A DNA stretch of 64,000 nucleotides from Balanoglossus misakiensis. Its lineage: Eukaryota > Animalia > Hemichordata. How positions within the stretch are numbered: position 1 is the stretch's first letter; every line of letters begins with the position of its first letter. Below, piece after piece: positions 41,321-59,439 of the stretch. The notes beneath the pieces were generated by a model that saw nothing but the letters and a program-made list of their open reading frames with translations, did not search any database and was not told where the DNA came from. The stretch spans positions 9,117,129-9,181,128 of the forward strand of contig CM082576.2 in assembly GCA_040954595.2 (NCBI GenBank), read 5' to 3'. The translations under genes were made by a program, and so were the position numbers.

Positions 41321-42371
41321 CTTTTGAGTTTTGATGTTATATTTGCATATTTAAAATGTCATACCATATGATATCAGTTGAATTGATGATATTGAAAGGC
41401 AGAGTTGCCACAATTTGGCACATTTAGCCTAAAATGGAACTCAACAATAAAACGAGACGATCCATGTATTCACACTGTATACTATAAGTCGGTTATACAT
41501 GGTATAAATTTTTTATGTACATCTATACCAGCTCCGGATAGATTGTTGACATTTATCCTCTTCGTTCGGAATACAAAATCAGAAATTATATTATATCATG
41601 ATACCTCCGTCATTTTGATTGGACAGGGGTGCAATCCCACGATGCTAAATACTCAATAGAGCTAAAACTGGCCCCTGAACTAGCACACAACAGGGAAAAT
41701 GTGGGTTTAAACCTAATAAATATACTAAAAACTCTTAAATTCCTTGACGTTTCAATTTGGAGATGCTCTAAGTGAATATTTGGGACTTTGCCATGTGCAG
41801 TGCCTGTCTTTTTGTCGCCTGTATCATGTTTAATGCTTGGTCCTGGGCGACGTGTTTAGATTCATCGATGCGACTTTGGTTCAATTCGTATAACTTCTTT
41901 TACTCTCGACGCTGTTTCATCATCATTATGAGTTCAATTTGGGCTATCTCCAAATGCAAACATTTTTTTCTCTAGAAAATGTTTAAAATGATAAATTTGT
42001 CTTAAGTAGGTCTTTTTGGGCAATAAATTGCCAAAAACGCATTGAATGGGGTCAATCAGATTTTTTTTTACATAGAATGGACTTTTCATACATAATCAGA
42101 TCTCTGAATATGAAGAAAACAGTTTGTTTTTAGTTTTTTTTGTAAAAATGACCTTTTTGACCTCAAAAATGTGGCCAAAAATGGCATTTTTGTATTGATT
42201 GGGGTCAAAAAGACTGCTTTATGTTTTATAGTCACCACTTTACACATAGAATTGACTTTCCATATATCATCAAATCAATCAATATGAAGAGTAGAGTGTG
42301 TTTTAAGTTTTGTCTAAAAATGACGTTTTTGGGCAAAAATGGTCTAAAAGGCAATTCTGTCTCGTTTGGGG

Positions 42372-43218
42372 TCAGTCAGACTGCTTTTTTCGTAATATCA
42401 ACCAAATTTTACATAGAACAGGCATATCATATGTCATCAGATCTTCGAATGTGACGAAAACAGTGTGTTTTTAGTGTTTTCTAAAAATGACCTTTTTTGG
42501 GTTAAAAAGTGCCAAAGTGGCAATTTTTTCTTGGGTGGGGTCAGTCAGACTGCTTTTTTTCGTAATATCAACCAAATTTTACATAGAATAGGCATATCAT
42601 ATGTCATCAGATCTTCCAATGTGACGAAAACTGTGTGTTTTTAGTGTTTTCTAAAAATGACCTTTTTTGGGTTAAAAAGTGCCAAAATGGCAATTTTTTC
42701 TTGGGTGGGGTCAGTCAGACTGCTTTTTTCGTAATATCAACCAAATTTTACATAGAACAGGCATATCATATGTCATCAGATCTTCGAATGTGACGAAAAC
42801 AGTGTGTTTTTAGTGTTTTCTAAAAATGACCTTTTTTGGGTTAAAAAGTGCCAAAATGGCAATTTTTTCTTGGGTGGGGTCAGTCAGACTGCTTTTTTTC
42901 GTGATATCAACCAAATTTTACATAGAATAGGCATATCATATGTCATCAGATCTTCCAATGTGACGAAAACAGTGTGTTTTTAGTGTTTTCTAAAAATGAC
43001 CTTTTTTGGGTTAAAAAGTGCCAAAATGGCAATTTTTTCTTGGGTGGGGTCAGTCAGACTGCTTTTTTCGTAATATCAACCAAATTTTACATAGAATAGG
43101 CATATCATATGTCATCAGATCTTCGAATGTGACGAAAACAGTGTGTTTTTAGTGTTTTCTAAAAATGACCTTTTTTGGGTTAAAAAGTGCCAAAATGGCA
43201 ATTTTTTCTTGGGTGGGG
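42372..43218 (-). repeat. Five near-identical 169/170-bp tandem units in the right arm of the foldback element
   Basis: TCAGTCAGACTGC at 42372, 42541, 42711, 42880, 43050; next boundary 43219. Confidence 0.95.
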
Positions 43219-43929
43219 TCAATAAGACTGACTTTTTTGGAATCAGCACCATTTTTTACATAGAATGGACTTCACAAACCTTCCTTACCAATTTTTTTAT
43301 TTAAAGGCACCTATCTCCTAGGGTAATAACTTGTCATCATAGTCACTAATTGGTAAGGGTACTTGGAAGTATGACGTAATGATGACGTAATTGATTATTA
43401 TATCAATTTTTTGCAATAATTAGATACTTTACTCAATCAGCTTTCTGTTGATACCAAACACATCACAGTTTTCATCAGTTTTCATCAGTACAATTGCACA
43501 GAGACATGTTTTGCAAAACCTCACATTTATAGGTGAACAGAACACCATTTTCGTAAGGGTATTTTGACTTATGACGTCACTATGATGTCATGATTAGTCA
43601 TATCACTTTTATTTTGTAATTAATGGAAAGCTTGTTTATTAAGCTTTCTTTTGATACCAAATACATCCCTGTTGTTCGAGGTATACGTTCAGAGAGACAG
43701 CATTTTACAAGACTAATTTACCCCCCTACGTCAATTTATACGCACTTTTAGGCTTTCCTACATACGTTACCCAATATAATTTAGAAGCCAATAACTCGAA
43801 AACGCCCCGGTCCCCAGATGGCAAACAAAGTGAATTTTACTCAGTATATGATAGGCTTTCAGAAAAACATTGTCTCGAAAATTCCCCCGGGGGGGGGAGG
43901 TAAACCCCTACTGGCTCATGGTCTACATG

Positions 43930-44035
43930 TAAAACAATAACAATAACAGCATTAAAAATAATTATAATGATGATGATTATAATGATGATAATGTTTTTGT
44001 CTTTATAATAATAATAATGTTGACTAAGTAATAAT
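43930..44035. repeat. Degenerate (AAT/GAT/AAC)n low-complexity tract
   Basis: Directly visible just right of the foldback element. Confidence 0.75.
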
Positions 44036-44420
44036 ATTTACCTACCTACAGATGTAGTCCAGTTGTGACTGTCATCAGCTATGTTGAATCATATATACCA
44101 GAGAAACCATAGATTCCAGGTAGTTTATGACATTTATTTACGGCACTTGTGGTATATATTACTTTTTTGCCGGCACTCAAGGTAGTCAAGGGGTTAATTT
44201 ATTCTTTAAGTGCATGCCATGATTTGGAGAGCATCAGATGTTTATTGTAGATAAGTGTGACAATGACTCTTTTTATACTGCAAATTACACGATATGAAAT
44301 GTGGTGAAGGGTAACTCACTGGGGTTTGGAAAAATGATCTGTCATGTTTCTTTCAGCAGCCCGTTCCTGCGTTTTCTGTGAAGTGATCCTGCTGGTTGTG
44401 TCTGGAATCTAATGATAACC

Positions 44421-47400
44421 ATGTCAAAGTCAAGTAGAGACATTCCAATCTATGGTAATTACTGAGCATAGTAAAGGTCCCAGTAGCTGCATCTGTCTGT
44501 CTCTGTGTCTGTTTGTGATATTTGTTTTTGTTTCCACTAAATGGAGGGAGAGAAGCTGTAGTTTAATGACATTTTTTTGGACTTGCCCCCCCCCCCCCTC
44601 CCCCTTGGCAAATCAACATGTTCTTGCAATTTGAACAACAAACGAACAAAGTTTCCCACCCAGTATACAAAAAAAGACTTTGTCACAATAACAGTGATGT
44701 TTTAAAGTATTTTTTTCCAAAATGTATCAACTATGGTTCCTTGGTCTAAAGCAAAAGTACTAAAATTTGTTAATAGGAGTCGCAGTACCTGATGCTCAGA
44801 CTGACAAGTACAGCTACTGTCCCTTTTATGTACTATCACCTTTCGTATAATTGCTTTGCACAAAAACACGACTAATATTAAAATTAGAATATCTTTAAAA
44901 AGATCATCTAACTGACCCACTCTTTTTCAAACTGAATAACACTGTTTCATTCCTAGTCTAAGCAACATCTCCACATAACATTAGTATAGAGCTCCAAGTT
45001 TTTATTGAGCAGGAAAGTTAGAAACAGCTGGCAGGAAGCAAAAAAGTACTCGCAAAAATATGAGTCAATGTAACCCTCCCACACACATATACTCACACAC
45101 CATTTCTGCTATGCTATCACATTACCACAGGGACTGTGTTGTACATCTGGGGTGGTGGCAAACTTGATCTTTTCCCAGAATTAATCACACAAGATTGCCT
45201 GCTTGTATCGCGTACATGTAAACCGCTATGGTTCAGTGACTTGATAACAATTGTTGGCTATCCAATACATTTACAGTTTTAGACAGCTCTGACGAGAATG
45301 ATGAAATCGAAGAGGCTGTGATTTTTCTTGGAGAAGTAGCCTCCTTGTCAAGGTCGCAAGTGATCACGCACTTCAGTACTACACCAGGTATGTCTGGTAC
45401 AGCGTCTAGAAAACCTGGCCAGCAGGAAGGGCCACAAACCAACACAGGAAGAAGTCTTCGGCCAAGATCTGTGCCAGAAGCTTCCACTGCAGAACAGGGG
45501 TCAGCTAAGGGGCAGAAGGGCCCGAGGGTCCGACCAGCAAGTATTCCTGAGTATGCACCGGGTCGATCAAATAACGAACAGTGCGAAGTGTCGGTGGTTG
45601 CCGTTAAGTCCAGTCGACGGCCAGATTTGGTCCAGCCAACCGCGAGCGGAAACCAGCTTCCAGAGCCAATGCAAGGACAGTGTGCTCTTCAGGCGACTGC
45701 TGGGAAGAAATGCCGGAGCAAGAAGAAACATATCAACACAGAGGAGAGCAGACGTAGCTTCGAACGGCTAGATTTAGGCGGGGTCTCCAGGCAGGTCGAC
45801 GAAGTGCAAGTCGTACTTCCACAAACGTCTGCGGGTAAGGCGCATCCGAAACCTAAACGAGGAAACACCATTGGTACGACAGCTGATGAGGACCCACCCG
45901 GTTTGAAGTGTCCTTTCTTTGGATGTTCTTACAAAGCCAGGGCAGCGGCGAACACAAGGACTGTCATGAAACTGCATGTAGAGAATGCGGACCATTCAAT
46001 GCTGGCTAAAGATTTTCTATCCTCGGTAGCAAACAAAGGAGAGAATATAGAAAGTAAGTGCATAAATCCATGCATGCCCACCATCAGAATGTTCCTGGTC
46101 TGTCTTCAAATCAAAAGTTGTGCCAACATCATGTGGGTTACTTTTATTATGACTATGAAAATATGTTAGACAGATGAGTTTCTTCAATGGAGTAGAATGC
46201 CAGAAGATCTTATGTGAAGCATTTTTTAAACTTTATAAGATGGGGGAAATCCACCATCTTATTTTCAAGAAAGTTTACAATTCAATTTTTGTGTGTGTGC
46301 GGAAATGCATGTTAACTACCACATTGATAAAGACCAAATCTGATTTTCCTCTCACCAACAGGCGGCCGTGATGTCTCCTACATGTGCAGCGATTGCAGCG
46401 ACACGTTTAACTCAGCAGCAGAGATTACGGAACACCTGTTCTGTTCTGACCACGCATCGGCGATGGTGCTGAGGTTGGTCTGTTTTGGCTGTCCGACGTG
46501 CTTCCTACTCTATCCCACATTCACCCAGTGTTTACAGCATATGATGCAGCACAACCATAACCGCCATGCCTGTCCACTTAAAGGTTAGTAACCAATATTT
46601 GTGGTGTGTGACATTTATACTATAGTTAAACACCAACCCTGATAAATGCATGTCGATAGTAAATGTGTCTCTGTTCCCTGCAGGTGATAATGAGTCGACA
46701 GTTTTGCCATTACCACTGCCAAGGGAGTGCTTTAACAAAGTGATGTGGGTCATCAGGTCCAGTGAAGGATTTGGAAAGTGTGTCTGCCTTACGTGCTGCG
46801 CTACATTTCCTATGGCAGAACGCAAGGCGCCTGCAGACCATCTTGACGGGTAAGCCTTCAGTGTATTGCACTGTCATCCTAACAGGCCTGGTATGGGATA
46901 ACATGTCGCTGATGCTGGGCTGATACTTTTCCATTTGTAGAAGATTTTGTCGCAGTTACCTGAGTAGTAGAATGAGTAGCACCTGGGCCCTGTGAAAGCG
47001 TTGTCAGTTACTTCCACGAAATAACCGTTCTCATTCACCTTCAGCTGCCAGGCATCTTTTGTGTATGTCCCACACAATGGAATGGTGAAGATACTAGAGG
47101 CACTCATCATCCAACCGTGGATGTGTGACATGTGTGGATGTATGTTGTCAAAGAGGAAAATGAGCTCTCATGTTGAAGTCTGTCCACGCAATAACCCACA
47201 GGTAGTGTAGCTTTTGCTTTTTCTGACTAAAAACCCCACTGAAAACATAAAAAGTGAAATTGACAATTGTTGCCCAAAATGTGCAAACTTGTACACCATG
47301 AACCCCCTAACAGTATGTTAAATTGTCGGTATAGGCCCAAATGTACCACATGAAAGTGTGTGTGTGTACTTACTGAATTGGTTTGCACATTTTCTGCTTT

Positions 47401-48972
47401 GACAGGTGCCACTACGTCAGAGATTCAACACCATCAAGGAATTGCTGCTTTACCATGCTAAATCTCCCGTATCGATGTGGTCAGGCTCACCGACTCGGCA
47501 GCACCAAGCCACGAAGAGAAAGTTGGAGCCCGAGAATCTGCCCACAGGAAGCTGTGCACAGGCGACGGCGAGCAAACAGTCCAGAGTGGAAAAGGTGGAT
47601 CATTTCAAACAAATTTCACAAGCTGAAGATGATCATGAGTGTTTGAGGAGAAACTTGGGGAGGCAGACACACTCGACGAGAAACTATGCAACTAGGCATG
47701 ATAACTTGCATCAGAAAACTAATAGCTTGTGTGATCGAAAAACCAGTACAGTCGTGCCTCCAATAATGCTTTTCTCTGGCCTCACAAAACTAGCTGATGA
47801 CATTCCACAAATAACTGGCAATGTGGCCAACAAACCTACTGGGGGTCCCCATAATCAAAGTGACACTACAATGTGCATAGTTAGCAGAGCAGTTCTTAAC
47901 CATTCTGTTTTTTTCCTCAGGCACGCCAAGCAGCAACAAATTTACAAACCCAGGCAGGTACCAGTACTTTCAGTGATCGTGTCATTGCCACATATAAATT
48001 CCAGCCGGAGGGCAGGGGTCCCAGGATCGACTTCACCAAGCAGAAGGACAGGGTGTTTCAGTTTCAAGGGGCATCCACTTCGCAGTACCACCCCAACTAT
48101 GTGCCCAATTCGCAGTACCACCACAAATATTCATCCTCTTCGCAGTACCACCACAAATATAACACTAGGTCATCCGATAGGAACAACAATTACCAAAGAT
48201 GGGTGCACCCTGCACAGAAGAGCCGTTCCAGGTATGCCAGGCCCAGTAACAGGGTACTACACAGCAATCCAACCCCTGAACCCACGCAGGATTTTCTTGA
48301 AACCATGGCGCAGATCATTCTGGTGGACTTAGACAACTGGCCCGGATTTTTTGTCAAGTTGCCGGCCTCCTTACCCGACAAGACATTTGTCTGGGGATTT
48401 CATGCCGAGAAGACTCACTGGTACACGCCCTCGTATTCCTGCGTGCCGTACAAGGAGATAGTGATGAAGGGGTGTTTCAGACTCCATCCCGAAAGTGGCA
48501 ACACCAAAGATGCAGCTGACTTTGCGCTTTGTATGCAGGTGAGTCGGTGTGCCATGACCATTTCTGCAAAGATGGCTCAAGCAACAAAAACCATAAAATC
48601 GTGTGGATATGAAGGAACATGCCATATGAACTCTTTGCTTTATTGCTTGGTTTTGCGTGGTAAGGCCACTGATGCAAAGTTTTGTTGCTGTGGTTAAGAG
48701 CACAAAGAGAAAACTGGAAACAATATTTTCAACTTTGTAGAATTACATCGTGTTTCTTTTTTTTCTGTTTTTCCAATTAACAGGCAGGGAGGTTAGACGA
48801 AAAACTGCCCATGCACATCCCGTTCACCGTCCTGTCCGGAGACAAGGCTTTTTACGAGCTGCAGAGACAACTCGCAAACGGCCAGAGGGTTTGCCACATA
48901 CTGAATCCACACTCCCGGAACACCTCCTATGCAGAGCTGTATGCTCTCATTGCCAGTATAACAGTCCACTGA
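44421..48972 (+). CDS. ZNF451: ZNF451/ZATT-like protein: N-terminal SUMO-interacting motifs, C2H2-type zinc fingers, C-terminal PIN-like domain (~780 aa)
   Basis: Exons 44421-44454, 45277-46053, 46362-46583, 46684-46849, 47045-47201, 47406-47594 (donor uncertain), 47921-48538, 48784-48972; phases consistent. The C-terminus IILVDLDNWPGFFVKLP..FVWGF..GCFRLHPESGNTKDAADFALCMQ|AGRLDEKLPMHIPFTVLSGDKAFYEL..HILNPH closely follows the ZNF451 PIN-like domain. The finger CPTCFLLYPTFTQCLQHMMQHNH is ZNF451-like. N-terminus reads IPIYVLDSSDENDEIEEAVIFLGE. Confidence 0.85.
48080..48165 (+). repeat. 30-bp coding minisatellite (3 copies; SQYHPNYVPN/SQYHHKYSSS/SQYHHKYNTR)
   Basis: TCGCAGTACCACC at 48080, 48110, 48140. 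Confidence 0.85.
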
Positions 48973-49065
48973 ATTTGTGTATATCCAATCTTGTATAATC
49001 AGACACATGAAAACCTCTTTTCATCTGAGGATATATACAAAGATCAATTAAAATTTAGTTTGTGG

Positions 49066-49098
49066 TCTGTATGTGTATGTGTATGTGTATGTGTGTGA
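49066..49098. repeat. (TGTATG)n/(TG)n microsatellite in ZNF451 3' UTR
   Basis: Directly visible. Confidence 0.85.
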
Positions 49099-49679
49099 TA
49101 ATTAATACCATAAAATATATCTTTAAAAATCTTTGTAAAAAAATTTAGTTAAGTTTCAGACTTTCAAGAGTGTGTTCAACGTCAAAGTGTCAGAAGTCAG
49201 ACAATCATATTTTTTTGTAAATATGTCACCTTTATTTTCTTTCTGTTGTACACCATGTGGTGATTTCTGAATTTGTCCATTCCTGTTTGGTCACAACCAT
49301 GACCAAATTTTCAATCAGCTAAACTTGGAGATTGTGTCGAAAGTCAGCAGATTGTATTCTCATAGCCTCACAAATTCAAAGACAATTCATTAAAATGTCA
49401 GTTTTCCTTTCATAATTGATGGAGATGAGATTTCTATCAGATGTTTAGTTTACAAACTTCATGTTTTGATAAATCATGTTTCTTTACTCATTTGATAATG
49501 ATATATATATTTTCTAATTTGGGACGTTTCTTGACAACTTCAACTCAGGAAATGATGAACTCATGAAGTGTCATGATACTGTATCCTGAAATAAAGAAAA
49601 TGTTTTCACAATTTTCACATCCTCTCACTTTATAACTTTTTCTCATTGTAAAAAAAAGAAAAAAAAAGGAAGTTTCAAG

Positions 49680-57123
<7,444 letters not shown>

Positions 57124-59439
57124 AGCACCGCACCCTCCCCTGAAACAATGAAGAAAATAAATAAAGAGACTTGCAAATAGGCAAAGTTCAAACAGTAATT
57201 TACAATGTTGAGAAATACCCATGCCCATTAACTCAGTGAGTGTGGGGGCGGTGATGACGTCAATCAGTTCAACACCAAGGGGGCCTGGATACAGAAAGCA
57301 AAAACCCCCCGCAGAAGTCGGAATACATCTACATACCAGAGATGTCACGCAGTTTCACCAAATAACAGAATAACAAGGTTTGCACTCGGCTCTTAATTAT
57401 GCAGAGGAATGGCATCTTCTGCACACCTCGGAGAGAATTACATGAAGCAGCATGATTACTTTAGAAGCAAGATTCCTACATCATGTGCCTGGGGTCACCT
57501 GATGCATATTGGGGGTGGGGGGGGGGAGATAACTTATAAAAAATAAAATAGCATCACCGTACTCTGAGAATTCACTTCTGGCATTTTTGGTTCCTTTAAA
57601 TATTTGCCTCCTAAACGTGTGCATGATCGTAATATGCCTTTGCTGGAGTCAGGACAATGGATCCCTGGGTGGGATCCAGACCTTGGTTTGGGGTTTGATG
57701 TGCAGTGTTATGCTAATTGGGTTGCCATGGCTTCCATACCAGGGTCCATTCAAACACAGACCGCAGATTTTACCTCCAACACAAAAAAAAATCACAAACC
57801 ATGATTTTTTTTTGTAAAATAAGAGTTGTACCTTGCATGTTTTACATTTATCAATCCACCTGCAACAATTGAAATCAGTGCATTTTGCGACATTTTTGCA
57901 TCATTAACAGGAAAAGTGGTGAACAGAAGAAAGTCAGCAAAAGTTTGCTTTGCGATTTCAAAGTCTTTTTATGGTTAATGCAAAAGGTACAGAATCACGG
58001 AAAGTGCGTCCTCTCATCTTAGCTGTGTGTGACAGTCACGATTTATGCAATCCTGTAAGTCGCACATTTTCCCTGTCAAGCACAGAAGAATTCATGGTGC
58101 AATAGGAAGGGCCACATCAAATGAGAGTCATTTCACACTTTTTGTCCCCCTCTGAAAATTGCATTAAAGCGAGGACCACTTGCCACTTTCTGAAGCATGC
58201 TAGATGCAGCTGAAATGTTGCAGGTCTTAGTTTATCACTAGTCAATATCACCGCAAGTCAGCTGAGTGCCCTTTACCTGCCCAAATACCAGTGCACGAAT
58301 CTCGTTGCCATGACAGCAGTCACAACTCCAACACGTTCACTCCCAAAACAGCCATGCACGAGGATCTACAGCACGTGGCATGCTGGAAAAGTTTTGCAGT
58401 GTTTGTTTATAACAACTCGTAGCAACCCAGTGAACCTGGCAATCGTAACACCAGGGTAGTATATTGCCATTATTCGTGTCAAATACTTTGAAAACAAAAA
58501 ACTACTTTTGCAAGTCAAAGCACACCCCCAGACTGATGAGTCATAAGCTCGGTGGGTTCTGGGTAAAGTTTTGTTTCCATTAGCAGTGGGCATTGAGCTA
58601 ATCATATGGAAAAGAACAGAGATAAAAAAGAGGGAGAGAGAGAGATCCAGGGTATCGAAAATCAGAGAGACAGACACTGGGTGAAGTTGATGTAACCTTG
58701 GAATACAAATCACTTGGAGTGTCATTAATTTTAACCTTTTATTGTGTGATTACGCTGTTGGTGCTGAATGAGCTATTGTCATCGCTCAACAATGCACTGC
58801 CGCAAATTCTGTACCGGTTGATGACAATCCCCTATTGTGACACAACCCTGGAATTCCTCTGCCTACAAGATGGGTTAACCCCATCCCCCAGGACTTGGTT
58901 CATCGTCTTTGCCCGACTGAAATATGAAGTTTGTTTGTTGCCGTGGGTTTGCTTGCTTGACAACATTCACACTGCCATGGTTGTTGTGCAGGAACATGGT
59001 TGCACTGAACACCACACCATGTAGTATAATGGGTCCCATTTCAGAGTTTGTGTGCTACATACTTGCTTGAATGTAACACTGACCTAAAATCATTGTGATA
59101 CACTTAGTAGTCAGCCCCAGAAATATTCCAGTGTAGTTCATTGAAATTTGATTGATTGCTCTATATTTGATTTTGCCAACCAGATTACGACTTTTTTCAG
59201 AGTTTGTATTTGCATTTCGGTACCAATTACTCTGGCTTATATCATAGTTCAGTCAAGGGGCTATCTTATATGAACTAGGTTAAAGTTGAGATGTCAGTGT
59301 CCTTTTTGTGCGACTAAAAATGGTAAAGCTCGTTTTAAAAATCATTTTAATCATTGTGTGTGCATAAATTATAAGAGGGGCTAAATCTGGAAATCATTTA
59401 TTGTATGGCTTAATATCTTTATGTTCGCAATTCCTTCGA

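Larger units (their letters stand above)
39391..43925. mobile_element. Non-autonomous foldback DNA transposon with very long terminal inverted repeats (Academ-like termini, 3-bp TSD CAT)
   Basis: Starts TAGACCATGAGCCAGTAGGGGTTTACCTCCCC; ends with its reverse complement ...GTAAACCCCTACTGGCTCATGGTCTA. Flanks are gtCAT|TAG... and ...CTA|CATgt. Left arm 39391-40853 mirrors right arm 41959-43925. No transposase ORF. The superfamily call rests on TAG..CTA termini plus 3-bp TSD only. Confidence 0.9.

Noticed and set aside
40334-42454. Mirror-image ORFs MFYSHHFTHRIDFPY... on both strands
   Set aside because: By-product of the inverted arms of the foldback element; no transposase similarity
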